A stretch of DNA of 64,000 nucleotides from contig JBLNCA010000045.1 of the NCBI GenBank assembly GCA_050260375.1, positions 12,423 through 76,422 on the forward strand, in the 5' to 3' direction. The translations under genes and the position numbers were made by a program. How positions within the stretch are numbered: position 1 is the first letter of the stretch; every line of letters begins with the position of its first letter. This stretch comes from Burkholderiales bacterium. Lineage in GTDB: Bacteria > Bacillota > Clostridia > Christensenellales > SZUA-584. A model generated the notes under the pieces. It saw only the letters and a list, made by a program, of their open reading frames with translations, had not been told where the DNA came from and searched no databases. Positions 49,291-58,352 of this stretch are shown here, in pieces.

Positions 49291-49623
49291 ATGATACCCA
49301 GCAAGGAACTTCAGGAATTGGCGCAGGCGCTTAAACGTTCCGCCGAGTATGTAGAAATGATGCAGCTGCGCAGGCGCGTGATAGAAAATCCGAAGTTCGG
49401 CAGGCAGATGCTGATGTTCGAGCGGGAGCGCGCGCGCCTTTACAGCATGGGGCTGCAGAGGGAGGAAGTCGCTCAAAGGGAGAAAAAGCTGTTTGCCGAT
49501 TACCGGGCGCTGCTTGCGGAGGAGGAAGTAAAGAAGTTCATCGAAGCGACTCGTGTTTACCAGAACATGATAACGGAGAGCATGGAGTATTTAAACAGGC
49601 TGCTTGAAAACAGGAGTTATTGA
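49291..49623 (+). CDS. YlbF/YmcA-family regulatory protein
   Basis: Helical about 110-aa protein with the UPF0342-type layout; assignment by overall pattern. Confidence 0.6.
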   Translation: MIPSKELQELAQALKRSAEYVEMMQLRRRVIENPKFGRQMLMFERERARLYSMGLQREEVAQREKKLFADYRALLAEEEVKKFIEATRVYQNMITESMEYLNRLLENRSY

Positions 49624-49767
49624 CGTTTAAATTACATAACAGCGCGGGAAACAAAATAAGTCCTAAAGCTGCAGCAAATAAAGCAAAGAAATATTAGATT
49701 TAACCGCTATTAATCGTACGCATAAAAGGTTTCGGGAAAAACTCAAAAGATTTTTTCGGGACGATAA

Positions 49768-49880
49768 TACCCCATAAAGCCCAGGCTCTATGGGGTATAA
49801 TACGAGATCCTCTACAAGCCGTGGACTTGATGGGGCGTATACGGTGTCCCCAGCTAGCCATGAGCTTGACGGAGTGTAAA
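49768..49880. repeat. Cluster of one perfect and two degenerate REP-like hairpins
   Basis: ATACCCCATAAAGCCCAGGCTCTATGGGGTAT, then CTACAAGCCGTGGACTTGATGGGG and GTCCCCAGCTAGCCATGAGCTTGACGGAGTGTAAA. Confidence 0.7.
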
Positions 49881-49891
49881 TTATAGTATTA

Positions 49892-50203
49892 TCAATGCTC
49901 CCAGCCAAAGTACCGGCCATAATGCTGAGCTGCGTTGCGGGCGGCGGGCGCCGGCCTTCTCCGTGAATCGTGCGTTCCGGAAAAACTTTTGCCGTAATAA
50001 TCTGAATCGCGCCTGCCCAAGCCGTCGCGGCCGGGCCTTTCCATATTATCACGCCTGTTGTACGGCGCGCCGTGATATATCAAGCTGAAGAAAAATCTCG
50101 GGAAACGTTTTCCCCTTACATTATAACCTGCCCGGGGGTAACTTCCTCTTGCGCCGCTATGCGGAGCCCGGCCCGGGCCGCCTCTTTGCATACCGTCAGG
50201 CAT
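49892..50203 (-). CDS. Possible G/R-rich basic disordered protein (103 aa)
   Basis: Very good RBS (GAAAGGAGacatatATG) but low-complexity product and no family; could be spurious. Confidence 0.35.
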   Translation of the reverse strand: MPDGMQRGGPGRAPHSGARGSYPRAGYNVRGKRFPRFFFSLIYHGAPYNRRDNMERPGRDGLGRRDSDYYGKSFSGTHDSRRRPAPAARNAAQHYGRYFGWEH

Positions 50204-50376
50204 ATATGTCTCCTTTCATACGTTCACTTATATCCGTTGTTACTCTATATTATGTATCCGTGTTGCGATGCGTTCTGCATACGAAAACATTGAGGGCTAA
50301 AAAAGCCGCGAAGTATGGAGAAAGTCGCCATATTGGTCTATACTATATTAGTACACATTTGACGGGAGTGCTTGAA

Positions 50377-52017
50377 ATGAACGATGTTTGTTATGTGGCT
50401 TACGACAGGGGAGACTATGAGGAGTACAAGATAAAGCCAGGCATGACGCTTGACCGTATAGGAAAAGAGCTGTTCTCCGACTCTATTTGCGCCGTAATGG
50501 ACGGCGTACTCGTTTCGCTGGCCGAAGAGGTTAAAGCGGGAGCGAGAATCAACTTCCTTTCTCCGAAAACGAACCAGCAGGCTTCGCGCGTATTTTTAAG
50601 GGGCGCGACTTTTCTGCTGTACTGCGCGTCAAGGGCTTTGATGCCGGAAAGAGAGCTCATAGTGGACTACGCGCTGTACGGCGGAATATTCTGCCGTATA
50701 CCAAATATAACGAAAGATGAAATATCCGCGCTCGAAAAGAAGATATACGAGTATATAGCGAGCGATAAGGACTTTACGCTTACAATTATGCCGGTAAGCG
50801 ACGCAAAGAAGATAATGCTAGACGAAGGGCTCGCCGCCAAGGCGGCGCTGCTCGCGTACCGCCCGTTCGATTATTACAGGATGTACGAGTTTGACGGGCA
50901 GAAAAACTATTTTCACGGCATAATGCCCAAAAGTTCGGGCTACCTTGACGGCGTCCGCCTTAAAGCCTATTCTAACGGATTCATACTTACGTACCCGACG
51001 CCGTATACAGAATCGGCCACCCCGATAACGAACCAGCCAAAGTATTCGCGCGTATTTGAAGAGGCCGAAGAGTGGGCGCGTGTTCTCGGGGCGTCGTATG
51101 TCGCGGGTATAAACGACATGTTCAGAAACGGAAATTTTGCGGATTTTATAGACGTTAACGAAGCGCTGCACGAAAAGACTATAGCGGGCATCGCGCAGAA
51201 GGTAGCCGACAGGGAAGGCGTGCGCGTTGTACTGATTGCAGGGCCGTCTTCGTCGGGCAAGACGACTTTCGCTGGAAGGCTTGCAGTGCATCTGCGCGCC
51301 ATAGGCAAAAAGTGCAGGCCAATATCGGTGGATGATTACTATAAGAACAGGGAAGACATACCGTACGACGAAAACGGCAAGAGAGATTTTGAAACAATAG
51401 AAGCACTCGACGTCGAAAAGCTCAACGAGGATCTTAATAAACTGCTTGCATGCGAAGTAGCGCATATGCCAAGGTACGATTTTGTTACGGGCGAGAGAAA
51501 ACCGGAGGCCGTTCCGATGTGCATTGACAGCGACATACTCATTATCGAAGGCATACACGGGTTAAACGACGCGCTTACCAAAAGCATACCGCACGATATG
51601 AAATTCAAGATATTTGTGTCGCCGCTCACAACGCTCAACATAGACGAGCACAACGTGGTTTTTCCCGACGACCTGCGGCTGATACGCAGGCTGACGCGCG
51701 ATATACGCACAAGGGGCTTTTCGTTCGAGCAGACGTTTTCCGTGTGGGATTCGGTGCGCAGGGGAGAGTACAAATACATACTGCCGTATCAGGAGACGGC
51801 GGACGAGATGTTCAACTCGACGCTTTTTTACGAGCCGCTTGTGCTGAAAAAGCACTGCTACAGCGAACTGTTAAAGTTCAAGCCGGATATGCAGTATTAC
51901 CCCGAAGCGCAAAGCCTGCTGAAATTTTTAAATTATGTGCTGAGTTTCGACGATGAAAGCGTTATTCCGGTTAAAAGCATACTTCGCGAATTTATAGGCC
52001 CGCTGAAAATAAACTGA
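50377..52017 (+). CDS. Uridine-kinase/PRK-family nucleoside kinase with N-terminal TGS/ThrRS-like region
   Basis: P-loop IAGPSSSGKTT, ISVDDYY, IIEGIHGLN; ATG 50377; upstream part of ORF-track entry (50149) is non-coding-looking. Confidence 0.8.
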   Translation: MNDVCYVAYDRGDYEEYKIKPGMTLDRIGKELFSDSICAVMDGVLVSLAEEVKAGARINFLSPKTNQQASRVFLRGATFLLYCASRALMPERELIVDYALYGGIFCRIPNITKDEISALEKKIYEYIASDKDFTLTIMPVSDAKKIMLDEGLAAKAALLAYRPFDYYRMYEFDGQKNYFHGIMPKSSGYLDGVRLKAYSNGFILTYPTPYTESATPITNQPKYSRVFEEAEEWARVLGASYVAGINDMFRNGNFADFIDVNEALHEKTIAGIAQKVADREGVRVVLIAGPSSSGKTTFAGRLAVHLRAIGKKCRPISVDDYYKNREDIPYDENGKRDFETIEALDVEKLNEDLNKLLACEVAHMPRYDFVTGERKPEAVPMCIDSDILIIEGIHGLNDALTKSIPHDMKFKIFVSPLTTLNIDEHNVVFPDDLRLIRRLTRDIRTRGFSFEQTFSVWDSVRRGEYKYILPYQETADEMFNSTLFYEPLVLKKHCYSELLKFKPDMQYYPEAQSLLKFLNYVLSFDDESVIPVKSILREFIGPLKIN

Positions 52018-52097
52018 CTCCGTGGAATAATTTACTTACAAACGCGGTTATAAATAGCCTCCGTTTAGTCAAAAATAAACTCAAAGGAGGCGATTAA

Positions 52098-52373
52098 ATG
52101 AAAAAACTGATTATTGCAATAATGGTTATCATTGCGCTGGCTATGGTGTTCGTCGGCTGCGCTAACAACAGAAACAATCAGACTTCGCCAGGCGTATCAC
52201 CCATAGTAAGCCCGGATGGCCGGAGCCCGTCGCCGCTGATAAGCCCGCTGGTAAGTCCGAGTAGGAGCCCGCTGGTCAGCCCTGACGGAAGTCCGCTGGT
52301 AAGTCAGGGTTTGCTGCCGAGTAATAGCGCGTCGCCGGCAATTACGGTATCGCCGGCTGTATCACCCAGTTAG
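52098..52373 (+). CDS. Small lipoprotein with S-P-x-V/I-S-P repeats
   Basis: Lipobox FVG-C; SPIVSP, SPLISPLVSPSRSPLVSPDGSPLVS; RBS AAAGGAGG. Confidence 0.65.
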   Translation: MKKLIIAIMVIIALAMVFVGCANNRNNQTSPGVSPIVSPDGRSPSPLISPLVSPSRSPLVSPDGSPLVSQGLLPSNSASPAITVSPAVSPS

Positions 52374-52545
52374 CGTGACATAGCCGCATTATCAGGTAAT
52401 TCATGGCAAGTAAGAAGGTGCTTTGATGTAATTCTCTAAAGGGAAGGGTCAGGGCATTTTCTTTATTTGCCGCTTCCTTTTATACGGCATGATGACCAAA
52501 AACAACCAATACCGTAAAATCAGGCTTTAATAGACGAAAGCTCAT

Positions 52546-52640
52546 GTGTCATTCAGAGGACCGAAGGGACGAAGAATCTTTGCACATGCAGTTGGCGGAA
52601 CAGTAATGTGTCTCGAGGCTGCCCGGAAAGAATCCTTTAT
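52546..52640. repeat. Degenerate MITE-like copy
   Basis: GTGTCATTCAGAGGACCGAAGGGACGAAGAATCTTT ... GGAAAGAATCCTTT; right terminal repeat not preserved. Confidence 0.5.
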
Positions 52641-52647
52641 TGTGCTC

Positions 52648-52673
52648 AAGAAAACCACCCCTTGAAGGGGTGG
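52648..52673 (-). terminator. Rho-independent terminator of DUF4180 operon
   Basis: CCACCCCT-tga-AGGGGTGG stem; on the minus strand followed by TTTTCTT. Confidence 0.75.
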
Positions 52674-52681
52674 ATGAATGA

Positions 52682-53032
52682 CTATTGCGTTAGCGCGTCT
52701 ATTGCGTCTTTCAGAGTATCCTTGAAGAATATCTGCTTTCCGTTATTGCACTCAAAAATAAAGCTTTTCAGGCTTTTGCTTTTTACATCGCCGAAGCCGC
52801 CCGTTATCGCAAGCTTCATGCGGTAACTTGAGAACTTCTGAAGTATTTCGCCCGCAAGTCCTGTTTTGAGCGAGAAAAATTCCTCCGGCAGCGCGTCTTT
52901 GGGCAAAACCATGTGCGTACAGCCGTTATAGAAAACCTCGCCGATTAGGTCGAGCGCGTCGCCCGTTCCCTTAAGGCTTACGCCGGAAACAATAGCTATC
53001 TTTACGCCGCTGTTTTCCTTGTAATCTATCAT
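52682..53032 (-). CDS. DUF4180 protein
   Basis: Pattern ...ALDLIG...LPEEFFSLKTGLAGEILQKFSSYRMKLAI... typical of DUF4180. Confidence 0.7.
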   Translation of the reverse strand: MIDYKENSGVKIAIVSGVSLKGTGDALDLIGEVFYNGCTHMVLPKDALPEEFFSLKTGLAGEILQKFSSYRMKLAITGGFGDVKSKSLKSFIFECNNGKQIFFKDTLKDAIDALTQ

Positions 53033-53040
53033 GCGGCAAT

Positions 53041-53880
53041 TCACCTCCCGTCTATGAACGAGGCCACCTCGCCGGCCAGGCCAATAAGTGCGTGCGGCTT
53101 GCCCGCAAGCACCCGTATCTCCGCGTGGGGGACAAGCGATTTTAAGCGCGCGGCGTTCTTCTTTGTTGGCAGCAGCGAGTCTTTGTCTCCCGCAATGTAT
53201 AACACCGGCATATCGAGCTTTTTAAAAGCGCTGTCGGGAAGCGCACCGTAACCTTTCGCGCGGGGTATGAAATTCTCGCCTATGAGCCTTCCAAACGCCA
53301 ACACTTCTTCCGGCATTTCAATATCCCCGTATACGAGCCTGTTGCTTTTTGCGATTCCTTTTTCTCCCATAAATGCATACAGCAGCGTTTTGAATAAAAA
53401 CGACGCTCGCAGTGGCGACAGCCCGCCGGACGCGATGAGCACAAGGCTCTCCACGCGCTCGGGCGCGTAAGAAGCGAGATTGAGCGCCATCCAGCCGCCC
53501 AGCGAATTGCCCGCGACGGCAGCTTTATTAAGCCCCAAACCGTCCATTACCTGCGAAAGCCACTGTCCGTAACTAGTACCCCGGTGCGACGGCCTGCTCT
53601 CTGCGCTCTTACCGGGTTCGCCTATTATATCTACCGCGTAAACTCTGCGCGTTTTGCCGAGCGTCGTTACGTCGCCCATCCACATTGCGGAGTTCGCGGC
53701 CGAGCCGTGCAGCAATATTACGGCTTTATCCGTCTCCGCGCCGCAAGCTATTACGAACGTATCGCTGAATGCGGTAGGCACGCTCTTCATCTCGCAGGGG
53801 ACGGGCCAGTACGTCAATATCTGCTCGTACCTTTCCATTATCCTTTTTTTGCCCTCAGGTGTGCGGTATACTGTATTCAT
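53041..53880 (-). CDS. Alpha/beta hydrolase
   Basis: HG oxyanion (LLHGSAANS), nucleophile elbow GNSLGG, C-terminal His. Confidence 0.85.
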   Translation of the reverse strand: MNTVYRTPEGKKRIMERYEQILTYWPVPCEMKSVPTAFSDTFVIACGAETDKAVILLHGSAANSAMWMGDVTTLGKTRRVYAVDIIGEPGKSAESRPSHRGTSYGQWLSQVMDGLGLNKAAVAGNSLGGWMALNLASYAPERVESLVLIASGGLSPLRASFLFKTLLYAFMGEKGIAKSNRLVYGDIEMPEEVLAFGRLIGENFIPRAKGYGALPDSAFKKLDMPVLYIAGDKDSLLPTKKNAARLKSLVPHAEIRVLAGKPHALIGLAGEVASFIDGR

Positions 53881-53889
53881 GCTTTATCC

Positions 53890-54324
53890 TTAATCATCTT
53901 GACTGCTTAAAGCCGATATGCACTCAAGCATCGTCGTTATGAAAGCAGGCGTGCCCCAGAGCATTACGCGCAGCTTGTTTTTGTCCGCCGACCTTTGTAT
54001 ATTCGCGGAGCTTAACCCATAAGACGGATCCTTCGAGTTCAAAGCTGCCAGCAGCATGCTCTCTATTCTGTCGGCCTCGTCTTTGCCGCTCGGCGTAATA
54101 TCAACCACCGCCGAAACATCGATTGCCGGCTTCGCCTCTTCCGTTTCAAAGCCGCCTGTGCCGCGCCCTTCGATAAATATACTGAGGTCGTGCCCGCTTA
54201 TGCGGTATTGCTTGCCAAGCTTGCTGGCGCGAAGCTTTCCTTCCGCTATATAGCGCCTCAGCGTTTTGGGGTGAAGGCGCAGCATATCCGCCACCTGCTC
54301 AACGGAATACCACTTATCTTCCAT
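53890..54324 (-). CDS. Excisionase/MerR-type HTH protein with C-terminal domain
   Basis: YSVEQVADMLRLHPKTLRRYIAEGKLRASKLGKQYRI; ATG 54324 after GGAGG. Confidence 0.7.
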   Translation of the reverse strand: MEDKWYSVEQVADMLRLHPKTLRRYIAEGKLRASKLGKQYRISGHDLSIFIEGRGTGGFETEEAKPAIDVSAVVDITPSGKDEADRIESMLLAALNSKDPSYGLSSANIQRSADKNKLRVMLWGTPAFITTMLECISALSSQDD

Positions 54325-54594
54325 AGCCATTCCTCCATATGGCTCACTGTACCATACAATACCCAAACGTGTCAATAAAAAGTAATATCAGGGAACAATA
54401 AGGAGCGAATTTCGGGAACAATGAAGCGCCGTTTAATAAAAAAAGCGTGCTTTTTCATTGCGGCATGAGTAATGTTAAGGAAGCCATTCGGGCTTGGTCT
54501 TTTGGCACACAATGTTAATCGGTTCATATTATATATATTATGAAGCTGTGTATATAAAGCTGTGTATAAAGCCAAGAAGAAGGAGAATGATAAC

Positions 54595-54927
54595 ATGAAT
54601 CGAGATAGATGCGCCGACATGTATATGCCTATGGGGAACATGCCTCCGCCGAGAGGCGCGCCGTGGGATGACAATATGTCCATGATGCCTTTAAGAATGG
54701 GCGATAACACGATGGGCTTAAGGATGCGCGATAACACGAATATGGACTGCCAGACGCATGAGATGGTGATAGAAGATGTTGAGCTTGCGCATGCTTATGT
54801 GCCGTTCCAGAAATGGTGCCCGACGTTTATGCCGCTGACAGGTCTTAAAAAGGGAACCATTTTCCCCGCGCTTGTCAACATGTACGGATGGGAAAGAAGA
54901 CAAGGGATGGGAGCTGATAGTCTATGA
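54595..54927 (+). CDS. cotJA: Spore coat-associated protein CotJA
   Basis: LAHAYVPFQKW...LKKGTIFPAL motif; Met-rich N-terminus. Confidence 0.8.
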   Translation: MNRDRCADMYMPMGNMPPPRGAPWDDNMSMMPLRMGDNTMGLRMRDNTNMDCQTHEMVIEDVELAHAYVPFQKWCPTFMPLTGLKKGTIFPALVNMYGWERRQGMGADSL

Positions 54928-55214
54928 GCAGGGACGAAATGTTAAAACGGCTGTCCGCGCTGGATTTTTACGCAATAGACCTTCACCTTTACCTCAATAC
55001 CCATCCGGACGATTGTGACGCCATAAACAAGTATAACGCCGTAGTGACCGAGGCAAACGAGCTTCGCCGGGAATTCGAGAGCATGTACGGCATGCTGAGC
55101 GCTCACAGCGCTACGAGCAGGTGTCCGTGGCAGTGGATTGAGAACCCCTGGCCGTGGCAGTACCAGTTCAATTTTACTTTGGCAGGAGATGATGACAATG
55201 TGGACATACGATAA
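54924..55214 (+). CDS. cotJB: Spore coat protein CotJB
   Basis: LDFYAIDLHLYLNTHPDD...NPWPW motif; 4-nt overlap with cotJA. Confidence 0.88.
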   Translation: MSRDEMLKRLSALDFYAIDLHLYLNTHPDDCDAINKYNAVVTEANELRREFESMYGMLSAHSATSRCPWQWIENPWPWQYQFNFTLAGDDDNVDIR

Positions 55215-56190
55215 AAAGCTGGAATACCCGATAAAGATAAAGAGGCCGGACCCGAGGATGGCGAAGAACATCATTACGCAATACGGAGGCCCGGACGGTG
55301 AGCTTGCCGCTTCGCTGCGTTATCTCAGCCAAAGGTTTTCTATGGTGACTCCCGAAGCTAAAGCTACGCTGAACGACATCGGCACGGAGGAGCTCGCCCA
55401 CCTTGAGATGGTAGGAACGATGGTGAAACAGCTTACCGAAAACGCAAGCATAGAGGAAATCCAAAAGGCCGGATTAGACGCATATTATTCCGACCACGAC
55501 AAAGCGGTATATCCCGTCAGCGCTTCGGGCGTTCCCTTTACCGCCGCATATATACAGTCCAAAGGCGACCCGATAACAGACCTTTACGAAGACATGGCGG
55601 CAGAACAAAAAGCGCGCTCTACTTACGAATACCTGATAAACCTCGCGGATGACCCGGATGTAATAGAACCTCTTAAGTTTCTGCGCGAACGGGAAGTAGT
55701 GCACTTCCAGCGTTTCGGCGAATCGCTGAGGCTCGTTCAGGATTACCTGGAGAACAGAAAGCGTTTCAGCATCCCCAAAACCTTTGGAACGCAGATGGCT
55801 AACATTGCGCCGAATCGAATGGCCGGCGCAAACAGCGAAATGGCAATGCCGACTATGAACATGAACATGCCCGCAAGGCCTATGATGCCTTCCGGAACGA
55901 ACATGATGCCCGGCCCGAACATGCCCGCAAGGCCTATGATGCCTTCCGGAACGAACATGATGCCTGGCCCGAACATGCCCGCAAGACCTATGATGCCTTC
56001 CGGAACGAACATGATGCCCGGCCCGAACATGCCCGGTGCAAGAGGCGCGAACATGCCGAACGCAAATATGAACATGGATGCAAACATGAATATGCCTCCT
56101 ATGAGGGATGTTCAAAACATGCCCGGTACCCCTGTGATGCCGCGTTCTACGCAGACTCCAAGAAATATGAGCACGCCCCCCAAAAGATAA
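55198..56190 (+). CDS. cotJC: Spore coat protein CotJC (Mn-catalase family) with about 140-aa Met/Pro/Asn-rich C-terminal tail
   Basis: YGGPDGELAASLRYLSQRF...EELAHLEMV...REVVHFQRF core, then repeated NMPARPMMPSGTNMMPGP. Confidence 0.88.
   Translation: MWTYDKKLEYPIKIKRPDPRMAKNIITQYGGPDGELAASLRYLSQRFSMVTPEAKATLNDIGTEELAHLEMVGTMVKQLTENASIEEIQKAGLDAYYSDHDKAVYPVSASGVPFTAAYIQSKGDPITDLYEDMAAEQKARSTYEYLINLADDPDVIEPLKFLREREVVHFQRFGESLRLVQDYLENRKRFSIPKTFGTQMANIAPNRMAGANSEMAMPTMNMNMPARPMMPSGTNMMPGPNMPARPMMPSGTNMMPGPNMPARPMMPSGTNMMPGPNMPGARGANMPNANMNMDANMNMPPMRDVQNMPGTPVMPRSTQTPRNMSTPPKR
55867..56028 (+). repeat. 3 x 54-bp near-perfect in-frame tandem repeat inside cotJC
   Basis: ATGCCCGCAAGGCCTATGATGCCTTCCGGAACGAACATGATGCCCGGCCCGAAC at 55867, 55921, 55975; partial 4th unit follows. 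Confidence 0.9.
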
Positions 56191-56267
56191 TATACCTATC
56201 AGTACAAAAAACAGGTCTGCAAAGACCTGTTTTTTTACATACAGCATGCTATTTGCATTGATATATG

Positions 56268-57332
56268 TTATCTGTTGTTTCTTTCCTTTACATATCTGCG
56301 CGCATTTTTCATTTCGGAAAACCCGCCGAACATGCTTTCAACCTTTTTCGCTTCTATCTGCCTCGAGTTTAAGCCTTCGTAATCCGCTTCCTTTTTCAGC
56401 TTATGGTAGCTGGAAAGCCTGTCTTTTTCAAGAATTCCTTGCTCGACCGCTGAAAGTACTGCGCATCCCGGCTCGCACGTATGCGTGCAGTCGCGAAAAC
56501 GGCATCCTTGTGCAAGCTCGTCGATGTCGGAGAACGAATGCGAAAAGTCGGCGCTGTCAATGCCAAGTTCGCGCATGCCCGGGGTATCGATAACCGCGCC
56601 TCCCAAGAGCGGGATAAGCTCGCGCCTTGTGGTAGTGTGCCTGCCGCGCCCGTTTTTGCTTACGGCTCCCGTCTGCTGCATATCTTCGCCCTTAAGGCAG
56701 TTTATCAGCGTAGATTTTCCTACGCCCGAAGAACCCAAAAAAGCCACGGTTTTGCCGTGTATATACGGCTTTAGCGCGTCGGCGCCAGTCTGCGGAGCGC
56801 TTGTTACGATTACGTCCGCTCCTATCGATACGGATTCGGCAAGAGAAGCCTTTTTAGCAGGATCGTCGCACAAATCGGATTTTGTAAGCACCACGACCGG
56901 CAAAGCGCCGCTGTCCCACGCTATAGAAAGATACCGCTCCAGCCTCCGCAGATTGAAATCGCCGTCCATGCCCATGCATATAAACACGGTGTCTATGTTG
57001 GCTGCTACAACCTGGTTTTCGCGGGAGGAGCCGGCGGCCTTCCTTACAAAAATGCTCTTCCTGGGCAGCAGGCGAAGTATTACGGCGCTGCCGCACGTAT
57101 CGTCCGCGCGGTCCAGCATCACAAAGTCGCCGACGACGGGGAAGTCCGCCTGCGATACGGCGCTGCCCCGTAGCTTGCCCGAAACTTTAGCCAGTATTTC
57201 TCCGCTTCCCGTAAGAACGCGGTAAAGCGTCTTTGACTGCGACGCCACCCGACCCGGATACGCGCCGGGGTAAAGTCCGGCCTCGGCGGCGGCGCGTTCG
57301 TCAAAGCCCAATAATTTCATGTCGTTGTTCAA
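56268..57332 (-). CDS. rsgA: Ribosome small-subunit-dependent GTPase A
   Basis: VVLTKSDL, GSSGVGKSTLIN, GRHTTT, zinc knuckle CRFRDCTHTCEPGC; TTG 57332 after GGAGG (or ATG 57320). Confidence 0.88.
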   Translation of the reverse strand: MNNDMKLLGFDERAAAEAGLYPGAYPGRVASQSKTLYRVLTGSGEILAKVSGKLRGSAVSQADFPVVGDFVMLDRADDTCGSAVILRLLPRKSIFVRKAAGSSRENQVVAANIDTVFICMGMDGDFNLRRLERYLSIAWDSGALPVVVLTKSDLCDDPAKKASLAESVSIGADVIVTSAPQTGADALKPYIHGKTVAFLGSSGVGKSTLINCLKGEDMQQTGAVSKNGRGRHTTTRRELIPLLGGAVIDTPGMRELGIDSADFSHSFSDIDELAQGCRFRDCTHTCEPGCAVLSAVEQGILEKDRLSSYHKLKKEADYEGLNSRQIEAKKVESMFGGFSEMKNARRYVKERNNR

Positions 57333-57745
57333 TTTTATAACCTCCAAAAGTTTTCGTTGCTTTGGGAGGCGTAACTTTAGCCCTGCTGCGCCTCCCCGGC
57401 GTCTGCAATCTCCATATTCATAATGAACATCTCCTTTCATACGATAGCAATATACGTATACATTTTATAATTATTTGTACTTTTGGCAAGAAGTATTTTG
57501 TTAGCCATAACAAACAATGAACACGTTCCGAAATAGCTATAGTATTAAGGCTCAAAATTTATAATGTTATTGCAGATAACGGGAGCGGGGTATAGAATAA
57601 TAAATGCATAAGGCGTATAATAAAGTATAACAACATCAAAGGCGCTTTCGATTTGGCGGCGCTGCCAAAAAGCGGGTAAACATATACTACGCTAACGGGC
57701 TGCGGCGGACATCTTAAGATTTATTAACAGAAAGAAGCATGTGAA

Positions 57746-58072
57746 ATGAAATTGTTCCGGGCGGTAGGGGAGAAAGAATTTCGACTGATTCAGCAGAACG
57801 GCTTTAAGAGTTTTCCGGCGCGTATGCCGGGCAGGCTCAAAATGAACCTCGCGCCCGACAAAGAATACGCGATGCAAATTGCTTTAAAACGCAACACCGA
57901 AGACCGCAGAAATTACATACTTGAATTTGAAGCGGACGACAACTACATATTCTGGTTTGGTACGAAGACCGCAGACGGACATCAGGAGTATAATATACCC
58001 GCCGAACAGATAGACGAGTTCAACAGCCATATAACAGGGCTGATATCCGTCGCGGGAGTCTTCGAAAGATAG
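57746..58072 (+). CDS. Conserved hypothetical small protein
   Basis: Clean ORF; family not confidently recognised. Confidence 0.55.
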   Translation: MKLFRAVGEKEFRLIQQNGFKSFPARMPGRLKMNLAPDKEYAMQIALKRNTEDRRNYILEFEADDNYIFWFGTKTADGHQEYNIPAEQIDEFNSHITGLISVAGVFER

Positions 58073-58079
58073 GCGCTCC

Positions 58080-58325
58080 TTAGATGATAATCATCCGGGC
58101 CTTGACGCCGTCCATCTCATTCAGCGCTTTTTCGAGCTTCTTCATCTCGTCGGTGTCTCCGGTCAGCTGAAGTATGAGCAGGCCTTCGTCGGAGCAAACG
58201 CTTCCGGCCTCGTGCAGGCCAAGCCTTACCTTTATCGAGCATCCGAAGCTGGAAAGTATCTGCTGTACGTCGGGTGAATTCTTACGCCTCTCGTCGATTT
58301 TTACGGCCATGATGTTGTATTCCAT
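58080..58325 (-). CDS. ACT/NikR-C-like small regulator (TM1266-type)
   Basis: About 80 aa, pattern V.I.....S..V..IL..fG..I..R.G.......g...L.L.G....i..L...L....GVk. Confidence 0.55.
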   Translation of the reverse strand: MEYNIMAVKIDERRKNSPDVQQILSSFGCSIKVRLGLHEAGSVCSDEGLLILQLTGDTDEMKKLEKALNEMDGVKARMIII

Positions 58326-58352
58326 ATCGTTACCTCCTGTATGACAATATTG

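Noticed and set aside
54500-54594. Sporulation sigma (SigE/SigK) promoter upstream of cotJA
   Set aside because: There is an ATATT-like -35 candidate and a duplicated AGCTGTGTATA motif, but I could not place a convincing CATACA-T -10 at proper spacing. It is left uncalled.
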